This document shows positions 9,466-18,800 of a stretch of DNA of 64,000 bases, piece by piece. Source of the stretch: Obrimoposthia wandeli (Eukaryota). The DNA lies in the NCBI GenBank assembly GCA_977020255.1, contig CDROCS010005962.1, positions 1 to 64,000 of the forward strand. The letters are read 5' to 3'. Within the stretch, counting starts at the first letter, position 1, and each line of letters begins with the position of its first letter. The position numbers and the translations under genes are program-made. Under the pieces are notes generated by a model. The model did not search any database. It was given only the letters and a program-made list of their open reading frames with translations, and had not been told where the DNA came from.

Positions 9466-11424
9466 ATGAATAAGAGATCTGCCCATTTGGGATATCTGAA
9501 TACTTTTTCCAATAAAGTTCAGCAAAAATTACTAAGTTCCGTCACTGTTATTGTGCTGTTGCTTGCTCTATTTTCTCAAATGAGTTTTGCGCAAACGCAG
9601 CAAACGGCTCAGTTACGTCAATTGTCGCAATTAGCAGAGTATATTGGTGTTGATTACGCATCAGCTGTAGAAAACGGTGAAGTGGTTAATGAAGACGAGT
9701 ATCATGAAATGCTTGAATTCTCAGCCATTATTGCGAAAAGAATTTCTACTCAACTTGAGCATGAAAATAAAGCGGCAATATATCAGCAATCTTTAGCGTT
9801 ACAACAAGCTATTAAAGACAAGTCGACCGTGAGTCATATTCGTCAATTAAGTGCTGACATGCGTGGGCAGTTTCTCGCCATTTTGCCTGACGCACTTCTG
9901 CCTGAGCAGTTATTAGCCCTTCAAAGTACACAAAAATTATTCCAAGAAAATTGTTCGAGTTGTCATGGTCCGTCAGGTCAAGGTGATGGTATTTTAGCTA
10001 AAGGCTTATCGCCAGAGCCAACTAACTTCACTGACCGAGAGCGCGCAATGAATCGCTCATTATTGGGGTTGTTCGATGCTATTTCTAATGGCTTAGACGA
10101 TACCGCTATGCCGGCTTTTACTCAACTTAAAGAGCAAGAGCGTTGGTCGTTAGCTTTTTATGCCGGTAGCCTTGCTTTTAATGCCGATGAAACAGCGAAA
10201 CAACCCGAAGATCTTGCTTTACAAGACTGGATTAACTTTAATCCATCTCAACTTATTGGTCGAGACAACAATATTAATGCTGCCTTTATTGATGCCTATA
10301 GAGCAACACCTACGTTGTTATTTAGTGCTAAACAAAGCCCAATAAATACCACCAAAAGTCAATTGAATGCTGCTTTAGCGGCTTATCATAAAAAAGATTT
10401 CGAGCAAGCGAATACCTTAGCCGTGAGTGCGTATCTTGATGGTTTTGAATTAATTGAAAACAGCTTGGACGCCAGAGACGCAGATTTACGTAAAGCTATT
10501 GAAGTAAACCTAATCGATTTAAGAAAAGTGATCAGCTCCGGCGGTGACGAAGCGCAATTAATGGCTTTGTCAGATGAAGTGTTTAATCAACTGAATGAAG
10601 CCGAGCAATTGTTAACCGGGTCGGCGTTATCAAGTAGTGCATTATTTAGTGCAAGTTTAGTTATTTTATTACGAGAAGGGCTTGAAGCACTATTAGTGGT
10701 AATTGCGCTCATGACAGTGTTAATCAAAACGAATCGCCAAGATGCACTTAAGTACGTGCATGCAGGTTGGGTGTTAGCCTTAATTGCGGGTATAGCAACT
10801 TGGGCAGTAGCACAATCGGTTATCGATATCAGCGGTGCAAGTCGAGAAGTCATGGAAGGGGTGGCAGCATTACTTGCGGCCGTTATGCTGTTGTATGTTG
10901 GTATCTGGATGCACAGTAAAACCAATGCTCAGCAATGGCAGGCCTATATTCAAAAGCACATTAACACGCAATTACGCGCGGGCACGTTGTGGGGCTTAAC
11001 TTTATTGTCGTTTATCGCGGTTTATCGTGAAGTGTTTGAAACCGTACTGTTTTATCAATCATTAATGACCCAAGCGCTACCTAGCCAATTTTCGGTGGCA
11101 GCGTCAGGTTTTGCCGCCGGTGTCGTGATTTTAGCCGTGGTTGCTTGGGCTATTTTAAAATACTCAATTAAGTTACCTATTGCTCGTTTCTTCTCGATGA
11201 CCACCTATTTATTACTCGCTTTAGCGTTTATTTTAATGGGCAAAGCAATATCAGCTCTACAAGAAGCTGCGGTTATTGGTATTTCAGCCTTACCAGTACG
11301 CATTGACCTACCGTGGATTGGCGTTGGTTCAACGTGGCAAGGTGTACTTGCCCAAACGGCTATTGTATTGTTTTTTGTGTTCTACCGCATGAAAACCAAA
11401 GAACAACCATTAGCGGTTAAGTAA
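9466..11424 (+). CDS. Cytochrome c-FTR1 iron permease fusion (PbrT-like)
   Basis: Heme motif CSSCH, two FTR1 motifs (LREGLE and YREVFE), C-terminal TMs and a signal peptide. Confidence 0.9.
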   Translation: MNKRSAHLGYLNTFSNKVQQKLLSSVTVIVLLLALFSQMSFAQTQQTAQLRQLSQLAEYIGVDYASAVENGEVVNEDEYHEMLEFSAIIAKRISTQLEHENKAAIYQQSLALQQAIKDKSTVSHIRQLSADMRGQFLAILPDALLPEQLLALQSTQKLFQENCSSCHGPSGQGDGILAKGLSPEPTNFTDRERAMNRSLLGLFDAISNGLDDTAMPAFTQLKEQERWSLAFYAGSLAFNADETAKQPEDLALQDWINFNPSQLIGRDNNINAAFIDAYRATPTLLFSAKQSPINTTKSQLNAALAAYHKKDFEQANTLAVSAYLDGFELIENSLDARDADLRKAIEVNLIDLRKVISSGGDEAQLMALSDEVFNQLNEAEQLLTGSALSSSALFSASLVILLREGLEALLVVIALMTVLIKTNRQDALKYVHAGWVLALIAGIATWAVAQSVIDISGASREVMEGVAALLAAVMLLYVGIWMHSKTNAQQWQAYIQKHINTQLRAGTLWGLTLLSFIAVYREVFETVLFYQSLMTQALPSQFSVAASGFAAGVVILAVVAWAILKYSIKLPIARFFSMTTYLLLALAFILMGKAISALQEAAVIGISALPVRIDLPWIGVGSTWQGVLAQTAIVLFFVFYRMKTKEQPLAVK

Positions 11425-11602
11425 AACCTCGTTTGTATTAACGCCATGCCTGTTCGACTTTATGACGCAATGTCGTTGAGTCGGGCAGGTATATTTTCAT
11501 CAAACGACTGTCTTACCTTACTTTAGAGGCAACAGTAAGCCTTTTAGTTGGGATGAATAGCTAAATTGAAAGCGTTAAATAAATAGAGTTAAAGTGGGAA
11601 AT

Positions 11603-11624
11603 ATCTTCGAGTGGCTTGGGTATA
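11603..11624. repeat. Isolated end of the TATACCCAAGCCACT repeat family
   Basis: ATCTTCGAGTGGCTTGGGTATA matches the right end of the element at 38896-39161. Confidence 0.5.
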
Positions 11625-11983
11625 TAGAGAAAACATCGTAATTGATCATGGCTCTCGTGCTTTGTTGTACTTACAAGTATTGCAAGACAAGGCAGATTCA
11701 AGCATTCGTTGGTTATTTTAAGAAAAATAATTTATGTGATTAAGCTATATAGTTTTTCTAAAAAATCAGAACTGATAGTGAACATTGTTTTACATCGAAG
11801 CTAATAAATAACATTTAACTTAATTACTTGTCAGTAGCGTCAGGAAATTTTTTCCATTTTTATTCATAAACGACAGAAAAATAAATCTATTTATTGAAAA
11901 TAGGCTGAAAATGAACAAAAGTAGTAGTCAGAACGATACGAACGGTTCATATATTGAAGGATAAATAATAATAAGAAATTGAA

Positions 11984-14185
11984 TTACACGGATTTCTCTG
12001 TTTGATAGATAGTTTCAATTAATAACTCAAATTGCTCAATGGGCACAGCCTTACTAAAATAAAACCCTTGATATTCAATGCAACCTAATTGTTTAAGAAG
12101 CGATAACTGCAATTCAGTTTCAACCCCTTCAGCGATGACACTAATATCGAAATTTTTTGCCATTTCAATAATTGTTTTCACCAACATTTCATCACGCTTA
12201 TCTGACGTCATGTTTCGTACAAAGCTTTGATCAATTTTTATTTGATCTATTGGTAGTCGTTTTAAATATGATAACGATGAATAACCTGTACCAAAGTCAT
12301 CCATTGAAAAACTGACACCAATAGCCTTTAACTCGTGCATTTTTGTTACCATCTTATCGATATCATCCAACACTATACTCTCGGTTATTTCCAGTTTTAA
12401 TAATGATGGTTTAAGGTGATAACGTTGTAAGGTACTCGTAATTTTTTCAACAAAATCGTCTTGCTTAAATTGTTTCGCGCTTACATTAATTGCCAATGCA
12501 ATATCCTTTGTTTGTTTGCTTTTTGACCATGCTTGTAGTTGCTGACATGCTTTGTCTATTACCCAGTAACCTATATCGAGTATCAGTGAACTGTCTTCTG
12601 CGTACGGAATGAAGTCTGCGGGAGAAACGAAGCCACGTATAGGGTGTATCCAACGAATTAAAGCCTCAGCCCCAATCGGTTGCTGATTGTCATTGAGTTG
12701 GATCTGATAATACAAATGAAATTGCTTATCGTCTATTGCGTGTCGCAGATCTACATCTAGTGCTGCGTTAATTTCAACTTCTAACTGCATTGTAGGATCA
12801 AAGAAATAAACGCAATTACGTCCAGCCTCTTTTGCTTGATACATGGCTAAATCGGCTTGTTTAAGTATCTCAAATACCGATAGTTCATTGCCTCGATGCA
12901 AACTCACGCCTATGCTAGACGAACTAAAATGTTCACGCTCGTTAAGCAGATAAGGTGAAGAGAGGCATAATCGAATTTTTTCTGCAATAAGCGCCACATG
13001 TTGATATGCATCATTAATAACGTCGCTTAAATTACAGAGCAGTATGATAAACTCGTCTCCTCCCAAACGTGCTACGGTATCCTCCTGGCGAATACAAGAT
13101 TGAATACGTTCTGCAACCTCAATCAGTAATAGATCACCAAAATCGTGCCCTAAACTATCGTTAAGTATCTTAAATTTATCCATATCAAGAAATAATACGG
13201 CCGTGTGCTTTTTATTACGCGCCGATGCCGATAATATTAAGTCTAACCGATCCATTAACAAACGTCGGTTAGGTAAATTGGTTAGCGAATCATAAAAAGC
13301 GAGATGGTGAATTTCTTCTTCTGCTCGGTTGCGTTCGGTGATATCAGTAAAAGCACAAACATATTCTGTGGTTAACCCATCGCTATTTTTTACCGCTGTA
13401 ATGAGCATTTGTTTAAGATAAGAATGCCCATCCTTATGCTTATCCCATACATCACCCGCCCATGAACCTTCCTTGAGTAATTGTGCCCACATTTGCGCAT
13501 TAAACGTTGATTTTTTTTGATTAGTATTTAATATTTCAGCTTTTTTTCCTATTATTTCATCTGAGTGATAGCCTGTTATTTTTTGAAATGCATAATTAAC
13601 TCGTAACACATATGAGTCAGCATCCGTAATCATAATACCTTCACACGATTCAAACACTTTTGCCAAAACCCGTAAAGACTCCATATTTTCCTGTAACGTG
13701 TATTGTTGATCAGATAATTGTACGTTTATCAGCTCTAAAGACTTACTTTTAGTTTCAATGACTTTTCTTTGTTGTTCCAAATTTATCTTTTGTTGGTCTA
13801 GTTGAACGAAGTTTTTTATCTTGTTTAATAAAATTTTTGTATTAATGGGTTTAGTTAAAAAATCTACGGCTCCTGATTCAAAACCTTTCATAATGTAGTA
13901 TTCGGATGAAAACACTGCAGATAAGAAAATAATAGGGATTAGTTGAGTCTTCTTTTTAACTCTCAGTAGTTCGGCTAATTCAAAACCATCCATACCTGGC
14001 ATCTGCACATCTAAAAGAATGAGGGCGAAATCGTGATGCAAGGTAAGTATCAGCGCTTGTGGGCCATTGTTGATTGTAAAAATATCAATAGGTACTTCTA
14101 GATCTTCTTCCATGATGATCTGTTCCATAGCTAGTAAATTTTCTTCTTTGTCATCTACAATCAGAATTTTTGATTTTTCGACCAT
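11984..14185 (-). CDS. REC-PAS-GGDEF-EAL c-di-GMP enzyme
   Basis: REC Asp (LLDVQMP), PAS, RQED I-site five residues before GGDEF, EAL and DDFGTGYSS motifs all intact. Confidence 0.92.
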   Translation of the reverse strand: MVEKSKILIVDDKEENLLAMEQIIMEEDLEVPIDIFTINNGPQALILTLHHDFALILLDVQMPGMDGFELAELLRVKKKTQLIPIIFLSAVFSSEYYIMKGFESGAVDFLTKPINTKILLNKIKNFVQLDQQKINLEQQRKVIETKSKSLELINVQLSDQQYTLQENMESLRVLAKVFESCEGIMITDADSYVLRVNYAFQKITGYHSDEIIGKKAEILNTNQKKSTFNAQMWAQLLKEGSWAGDVWDKHKDGHSYLKQMLITAVKNSDGLTTEYVCAFTDITERNRAEEEIHHLAFYDSLTNLPNRRLLMDRLDLILSASARNKKHTAVLFLDMDKFKILNDSLGHDFGDLLLIEVAERIQSCIRQEDTVARLGGDEFIILLCNLSDVINDAYQHVALIAEKIRLCLSSPYLLNEREHFSSSSIGVSLHRGNELSVFEILKQADLAMYQAKEAGRNCVYFFDPTMQLEVEINAALDVDLRHAIDDKQFHLYYQIQLNDNQQPIGAEALIRWIHPIRGFVSPADFIPYAEDSSLILDIGYWVIDKACQQLQAWSKSKQTKDIALAINVSAKQFKQDDFVEKITSTLQRYHLKPSLLKLEITESIVLDDIDKMVTKMHELKAIGVSFSMDDFGTGYSSLSYLKRLPIDQIKIDQSFVRNMTSDKRDEMLVKTIIEMAKNFDISVIAEGVETELQLSLLKQLGCIEYQGFYFSKAVPIEQFELLIETIYQTEKSV

Positions 14186-14260
14186 AACATCTCTATTTTT
14201 TTACTTAATCGTTAATGCGAATGAAATCTGAAACGACATCTACAGTCACAAATAACATCG

Positions 14261-14851
14261 CTAAGTTGAATGAGCTAATTTGACTAATAAGGGGCCAATC
14301 TTCTCTAGTGGAAGTACATAATCTGCTACGTGATCGGGAAAAAGCAGATCCAATGCCGCTTTTGGCATTGTTTCCACTTCTGCTGTCGCAGGGTCCTCGA
14401 TTACAGCCAAGCCACCAGTCTCTTTTATCGTTTTTAAACCATGGCTCCCATCATTATTAGCACCAGTCAGCACTACTCCTATAAGGTGTGGACCAAATAC
14501 CGCTGCCGCTGATTCAAACAAAATATCAATTGAAGGCCGGCTATAATTAAATGGTTCATCAACAGTGAGTGACAACGTTTTATCTTTCTCAACCATTAAA
14601 TGGTAGTTTGGCGGTGCTAGATAAATGATCCCAGCCTCCAAGTGTTCTTTTTCATCCGCTTCCTTAACCGTTAACATACAGTTTTTATTTAACATTTGAC
14701 AAAAAAAATCATCTTCAGATTTCCATCGTCGATGCATTACAATGATCACTGACAAAGCGAAATGAGGTTTCAACGCAGGAATAATGGTTTTTAAGGCATT
14801 AACTCCTCCTGCAGATACTCCAATGACTATTGCTTCGAATATTGATTTCAT
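14261..14851 (-). CDS. cheB: Stand-alone CheB-type methylesterase (no REC domain)
   Basis: GVSAGG, MHRR, RPSIDILFESAA and LTGANNDG catalytic motifs; only 196 aa. Confidence 0.9.
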   Translation of the reverse strand: MKSIFEAIVIGVSAGGVNALKTIIPALKPHFALSVIIVMHRRWKSEDDFFCQMLNKNCMLTVKEADEKEHLEAGIIYLAPPNYHLMVEKDKTLSLTVDEPFNYSRPSIDILFESAAAVFGPHLIGVVLTGANNDGSHGLKTIKETGGLAVIEDPATAEVETMPKAALDLLFPDHVADYVLPLEKIGPLLVKLAHST

Positions 14852-14887
14852 AACATTGGTTTCATAATATTCATCTCGACATATTAT

Positions 14888-15712
14888 TTAGCGTATTTTT
14901 TGGTAAATTTTTTCACTGTTATCAACAGCATCAAATTTATCCATGATAGACGAAAACTGCAGACTTTCTTTGCTGCCTAAGGCAAGAAAACCTTTATTAT
15001 TCAAACTCTCATCAAATCGCGACAGGACTTTATTTTGTAGCGACTTATTAAAGTAAATGAGTACGTTTCGGCATAAAATTAAATGCATTTCACCAAACAC
15101 ACCATCTGTAACTAAGTTATAGTTGGCGAAAGTAATATTTTCCTTTAAAGGTTTATTAATAATCAACGAATCGTATTTAGCATGAAAGTATCCTGTAAAT
15201 GAATGTGTTCCTCCTGTTTTTTTATAATCAGCTACGATTGATGAGATGTCACTCATTGGAAAAACACCTTTTTTTGCCTTTGCTAGCGAGTCGTCATTAA
15301 AATCAGTCGCATAAATTGTTGCTCTGTCATAAAGGCCTTCTTCTTTCAAAAGTATAGCCAATGAATAGACTTCTTCTCCAGTTGCACATCCTGCATGCCA
15401 AACTTTGATAAAAGGGTAAGATTTCAAATGGGGAATAACCCTTTCACGTAACGCTTTATAAAACGAGGGGTCTCTGAACCATTCGGTTACTGTTATTGAA
15501 AAATGAACTAAAAACCATTGGAAAAATTTTTCATCTACTAGCAGTTTTTGAATAACCTCTATAATGGTTTTACAATCTGATTTTTGTAACGCACCTTTGA
15601 CGCGCCGTTTGATAGATGCTTTAGCGTACTCTCTAAAGTCATGACCATATCGTTGATAAATGGCTTCTAGTAACAGATTTATTTCTATCTCTTCAATGTC
15701 GTATTTGTTCAT
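14888..15712 (-). CDS. cheR: CheR-type protein-glutamate methyltransferase
   Basis: FRDP, VWHAGCATGEEVYS, ATD and ILCRNVLIYF motifs. Confidence 0.92.
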   Translation of the reverse strand: MNKYDIEEIEINLLLEAIYQRYGHDFREYAKASIKRRVKGALQKSDCKTIIEVIQKLLVDEKFFQWFLVHFSITVTEWFRDPSFYKALRERVIPHLKSYPFIKVWHAGCATGEEVYSLAILLKEEGLYDRATIYATDFNDDSLAKAKKGVFPMSDISSIVADYKKTGGTHSFTGYFHAKYDSLIINKPLKENITFANYNLVTDGVFGEMHLILCRNVLIYFNKSLQNKVLSRFDESLNNKGFLALGSKESLQFSSIMDKFDAVDNSEKIYQKIR

Positions 15713-15886
15713 CGCAGTTTACCCATCACTCTTTATTAAGTCTTCACGGTTCACTATTCCCTTATACATCCAGGCAAAAGCTACGTGCTAACATGGTTTC
15801 GAAACGGTTCACGATAAAGAGGTCGAACAACCTCTCGCTTCATCAATAGGTTTAATACATCCATATACGTAACATCGTCAGCTTCA

Positions 15887-18800
15887 TCAATAGTAATCAC
15901 TCGCACCTGCGGCGATACATTTATCACGGTCTTCCTTCATGGCTTTAGCCGTTAAGGCGATAATAGGTAATTTTGTAAATTGCGGCTGTTTGCGAATTTT
16001 CTGGGTGGTTTCGTATCCATCCATAACAGGCATCATGATGTCCATTAAGACTAAGTCAACCAATGGATTTTTGTTCAAAAGCGCTAAAGCAACCTCCCCA
16101 TTTTCAGCAGCGAGTACTTCAATGCCTTTTTCTTCCAAAATTTCAGAAATAGCAAAAATATTCCTTATATCATCATCAACGACTAATATTTTTTTGCCCT
16201 TAAATACTTTTTCTACATCATTAAGGTCATGAATTATTTTTTGTTTATTCTGAGGCAATTTTTCAATAATTCGATGTAAAAATAGAGCGGTTTCATCTAA
16301 TAGGCGTTCTTCTGAATCAACACCCTTAATGATGATAGAATTCGAATATTTATGCAGTTGTTTATGTTCTTCTTTACTAAGGTCTTTACCGGTATAAATA
16401 ATGATGGGAGGAATTCTAAGGTTTTTCTCCAATGCTAATTTTTCCAACATTTCAATCCCTGACATGCCTTGCAAGTTTAAATCTAAAATAACACAATCAA
16501 AGTTTTCAGAGAGTAGTGCCTTAAACCCTTCATCGGCTGTTAGGGCCGCAGTAATTTTAACGTCACCGTTTCCTATCATCTCTTTTATCGCTATTTGAGA
16601 AGACTCATTATCTTCAATAATTAACAAATCTTTAACCGCTTTATTGCTCAAATTAATTAGCTTATTTAAGGTTTTATCTAATTGGTCTTGCGTAACGGGT
16701 TTGGAAACAAATCCAATAGCACCTCGGTTTTCCGCATTTTGATTTTTATCATCTGCAGACATAATGTGAATTGGAATATGACGTGTTTTTTGATTGCCTT
16801 TTAAGGCATTCAAAACTGACCAGCCATCAATTCCGGGAAGGTTGATATCTAATATAATGGCATCTGGCTGAATTTGGGTTGCTAGGGTTAAGCCTTCTTC
16901 ACCCGTAGACGTTGCTATACATATAAAACCTTGTTCGCGGCCTTGGCTTACTAGTATTTGCGCAAACATGGAGTCGTCTTCAATCACCAACATGATTTTT
17001 TTACTGTTCGACAAATTGTCTTGATCTAATATTAGTCCACGGTCATCCTCAACGTGATAATCTATGGGGAGAATAAAGGTTGTGTTTTGTTTTATCACTT
17101 CAACTTCGACGATATCAGCACTGCCCGTTGTACTTTTATTACTTGTCGACATGTTAGCTCTGTGACTGAACAACTCTGCTTGTGTGCCGCGTTTTTCTCG
17201 GTCAAAAAGAATGGTAAAAGTAAATGTTGAGCCCTTATCCACTTCACTTTGCAGTTGAATATCTCCGCCCAATAATTTTGTTAATTCTCGAGAAATAGAT
17301 AAACCTAGTCCGGTACCACCAAATTTTCTTGCAGTTCCTCCTTCAGCTTGCTGAAATGCTTCAAAAACCATTTTTTGTTTATCTTTTGTAATACCTATTC
17401 CAGTGTCGGTGACGGAAATGGAGAGAAAGTTTGAAGGGCTTAAATCGCTTGTGGAAGCGTTGTTGTTAGTCGTCAGACTATTAAAGTTGACGCAAATACT
17501 ACCAACCTCAGTAAATTTGATTGCGTTTGATAGGAGATTTTTTAAAACCTGTTCAAAACGCTTTTGATCCGTATATATAATATCAGGTAGGCTAGGGTCG
17601 ATATTGATGATGAATTCTAAACTTTTCTCTTTCATCATATGGCTGAAGTTGCGTTCCATGCTTTCTGCCACATTGGCAATAGCAACAGGCGTTATTTCAA
17701 GTTCCATCATGCCGGCTTCAATTTTAGATAGATCAAGAATTTCATTAATTAATACCAATAAATCTTGTCCACCTTGATGAACAATGCTAGCAGACTGAAC
17801 TTGCTTCGAGGTTAAATTACCCTCTTTATTTTTTGATAGACTATTAGAAAGCAACAGCATGCTGTTCAACGGTGTACGTAATTCATGGGACATATTAGCT
17901 AAAAATTCAGACTTGTATTTACTGGAAATGGTTAATTCTTTTGCTTTTTTTTCTACCTCTTCACTTTTTTTGATAATTTCTACTTTTTGTATCTCTAGGT
18001 CGTCATTCGCAAACCGCAACTGTTCTGTTTGTTCGGCCAAGCTTTCTGATTTTTCTTCTAGTTCTTCGTTGCTTGCTCTCAATTCTTCTGATTGGTTTTC
18101 TAATTCTTCCGCTTGTCGTTGGCTTTCTTCTAAAAGCACTTTCATTTCATTGGCTGATGTCGCTGCATTGAAGTTAATTGAAAGGGTTTCGCGTATCGTC
18201 GCTAGTAATTCCATTTCGGTATCTGAAAATTCTTTAAACGAGCCCAGTTCAATGACTCCTCTTAATATACCGTCACTCATAAAAGGGGAGACCACCACAT
18301 TACGAGGTACAGCATCGCCTATGGCAGAGCCAATACGTGTGTAATTGTCAGGAACATTAGTGATAGAGATAACTTCCTGCTCGAACGCAGCTTGCCCAAC
18401 TAAACCTTCTCCCATTTGAATGCGTTCATTTAAGTTTTTTCGTTTTGAAAAGGCATAACTTCCGGTAAGTATTAGATCATTTGATTGTGTATCTTTTAGG
18501 TATAAAGCGCCAATTTGCGCACCAAGATATTTTGCCAAATAGGTGATGATATTTCTTGACAGTGTTGTTTCATCTAACACACCACGCATTTGTGCATTTA
18601 CTTCATTTTGTCCTGTTTTAAGCCAATCTTGCTTTTTATTTTCAATGTTCAGGTGGCGTAAAGTATCCGTCATTTTCGCCATCGCGATGCCCAATATATC
18701 GTCGTCACTACTTGGGATAATTTGAGCACTGAAGTCACCATCAGAAATCTGATTAGCTTGGGCAGAAATAGTTTTGACTAGTTCAGTGTTTACACCAATA

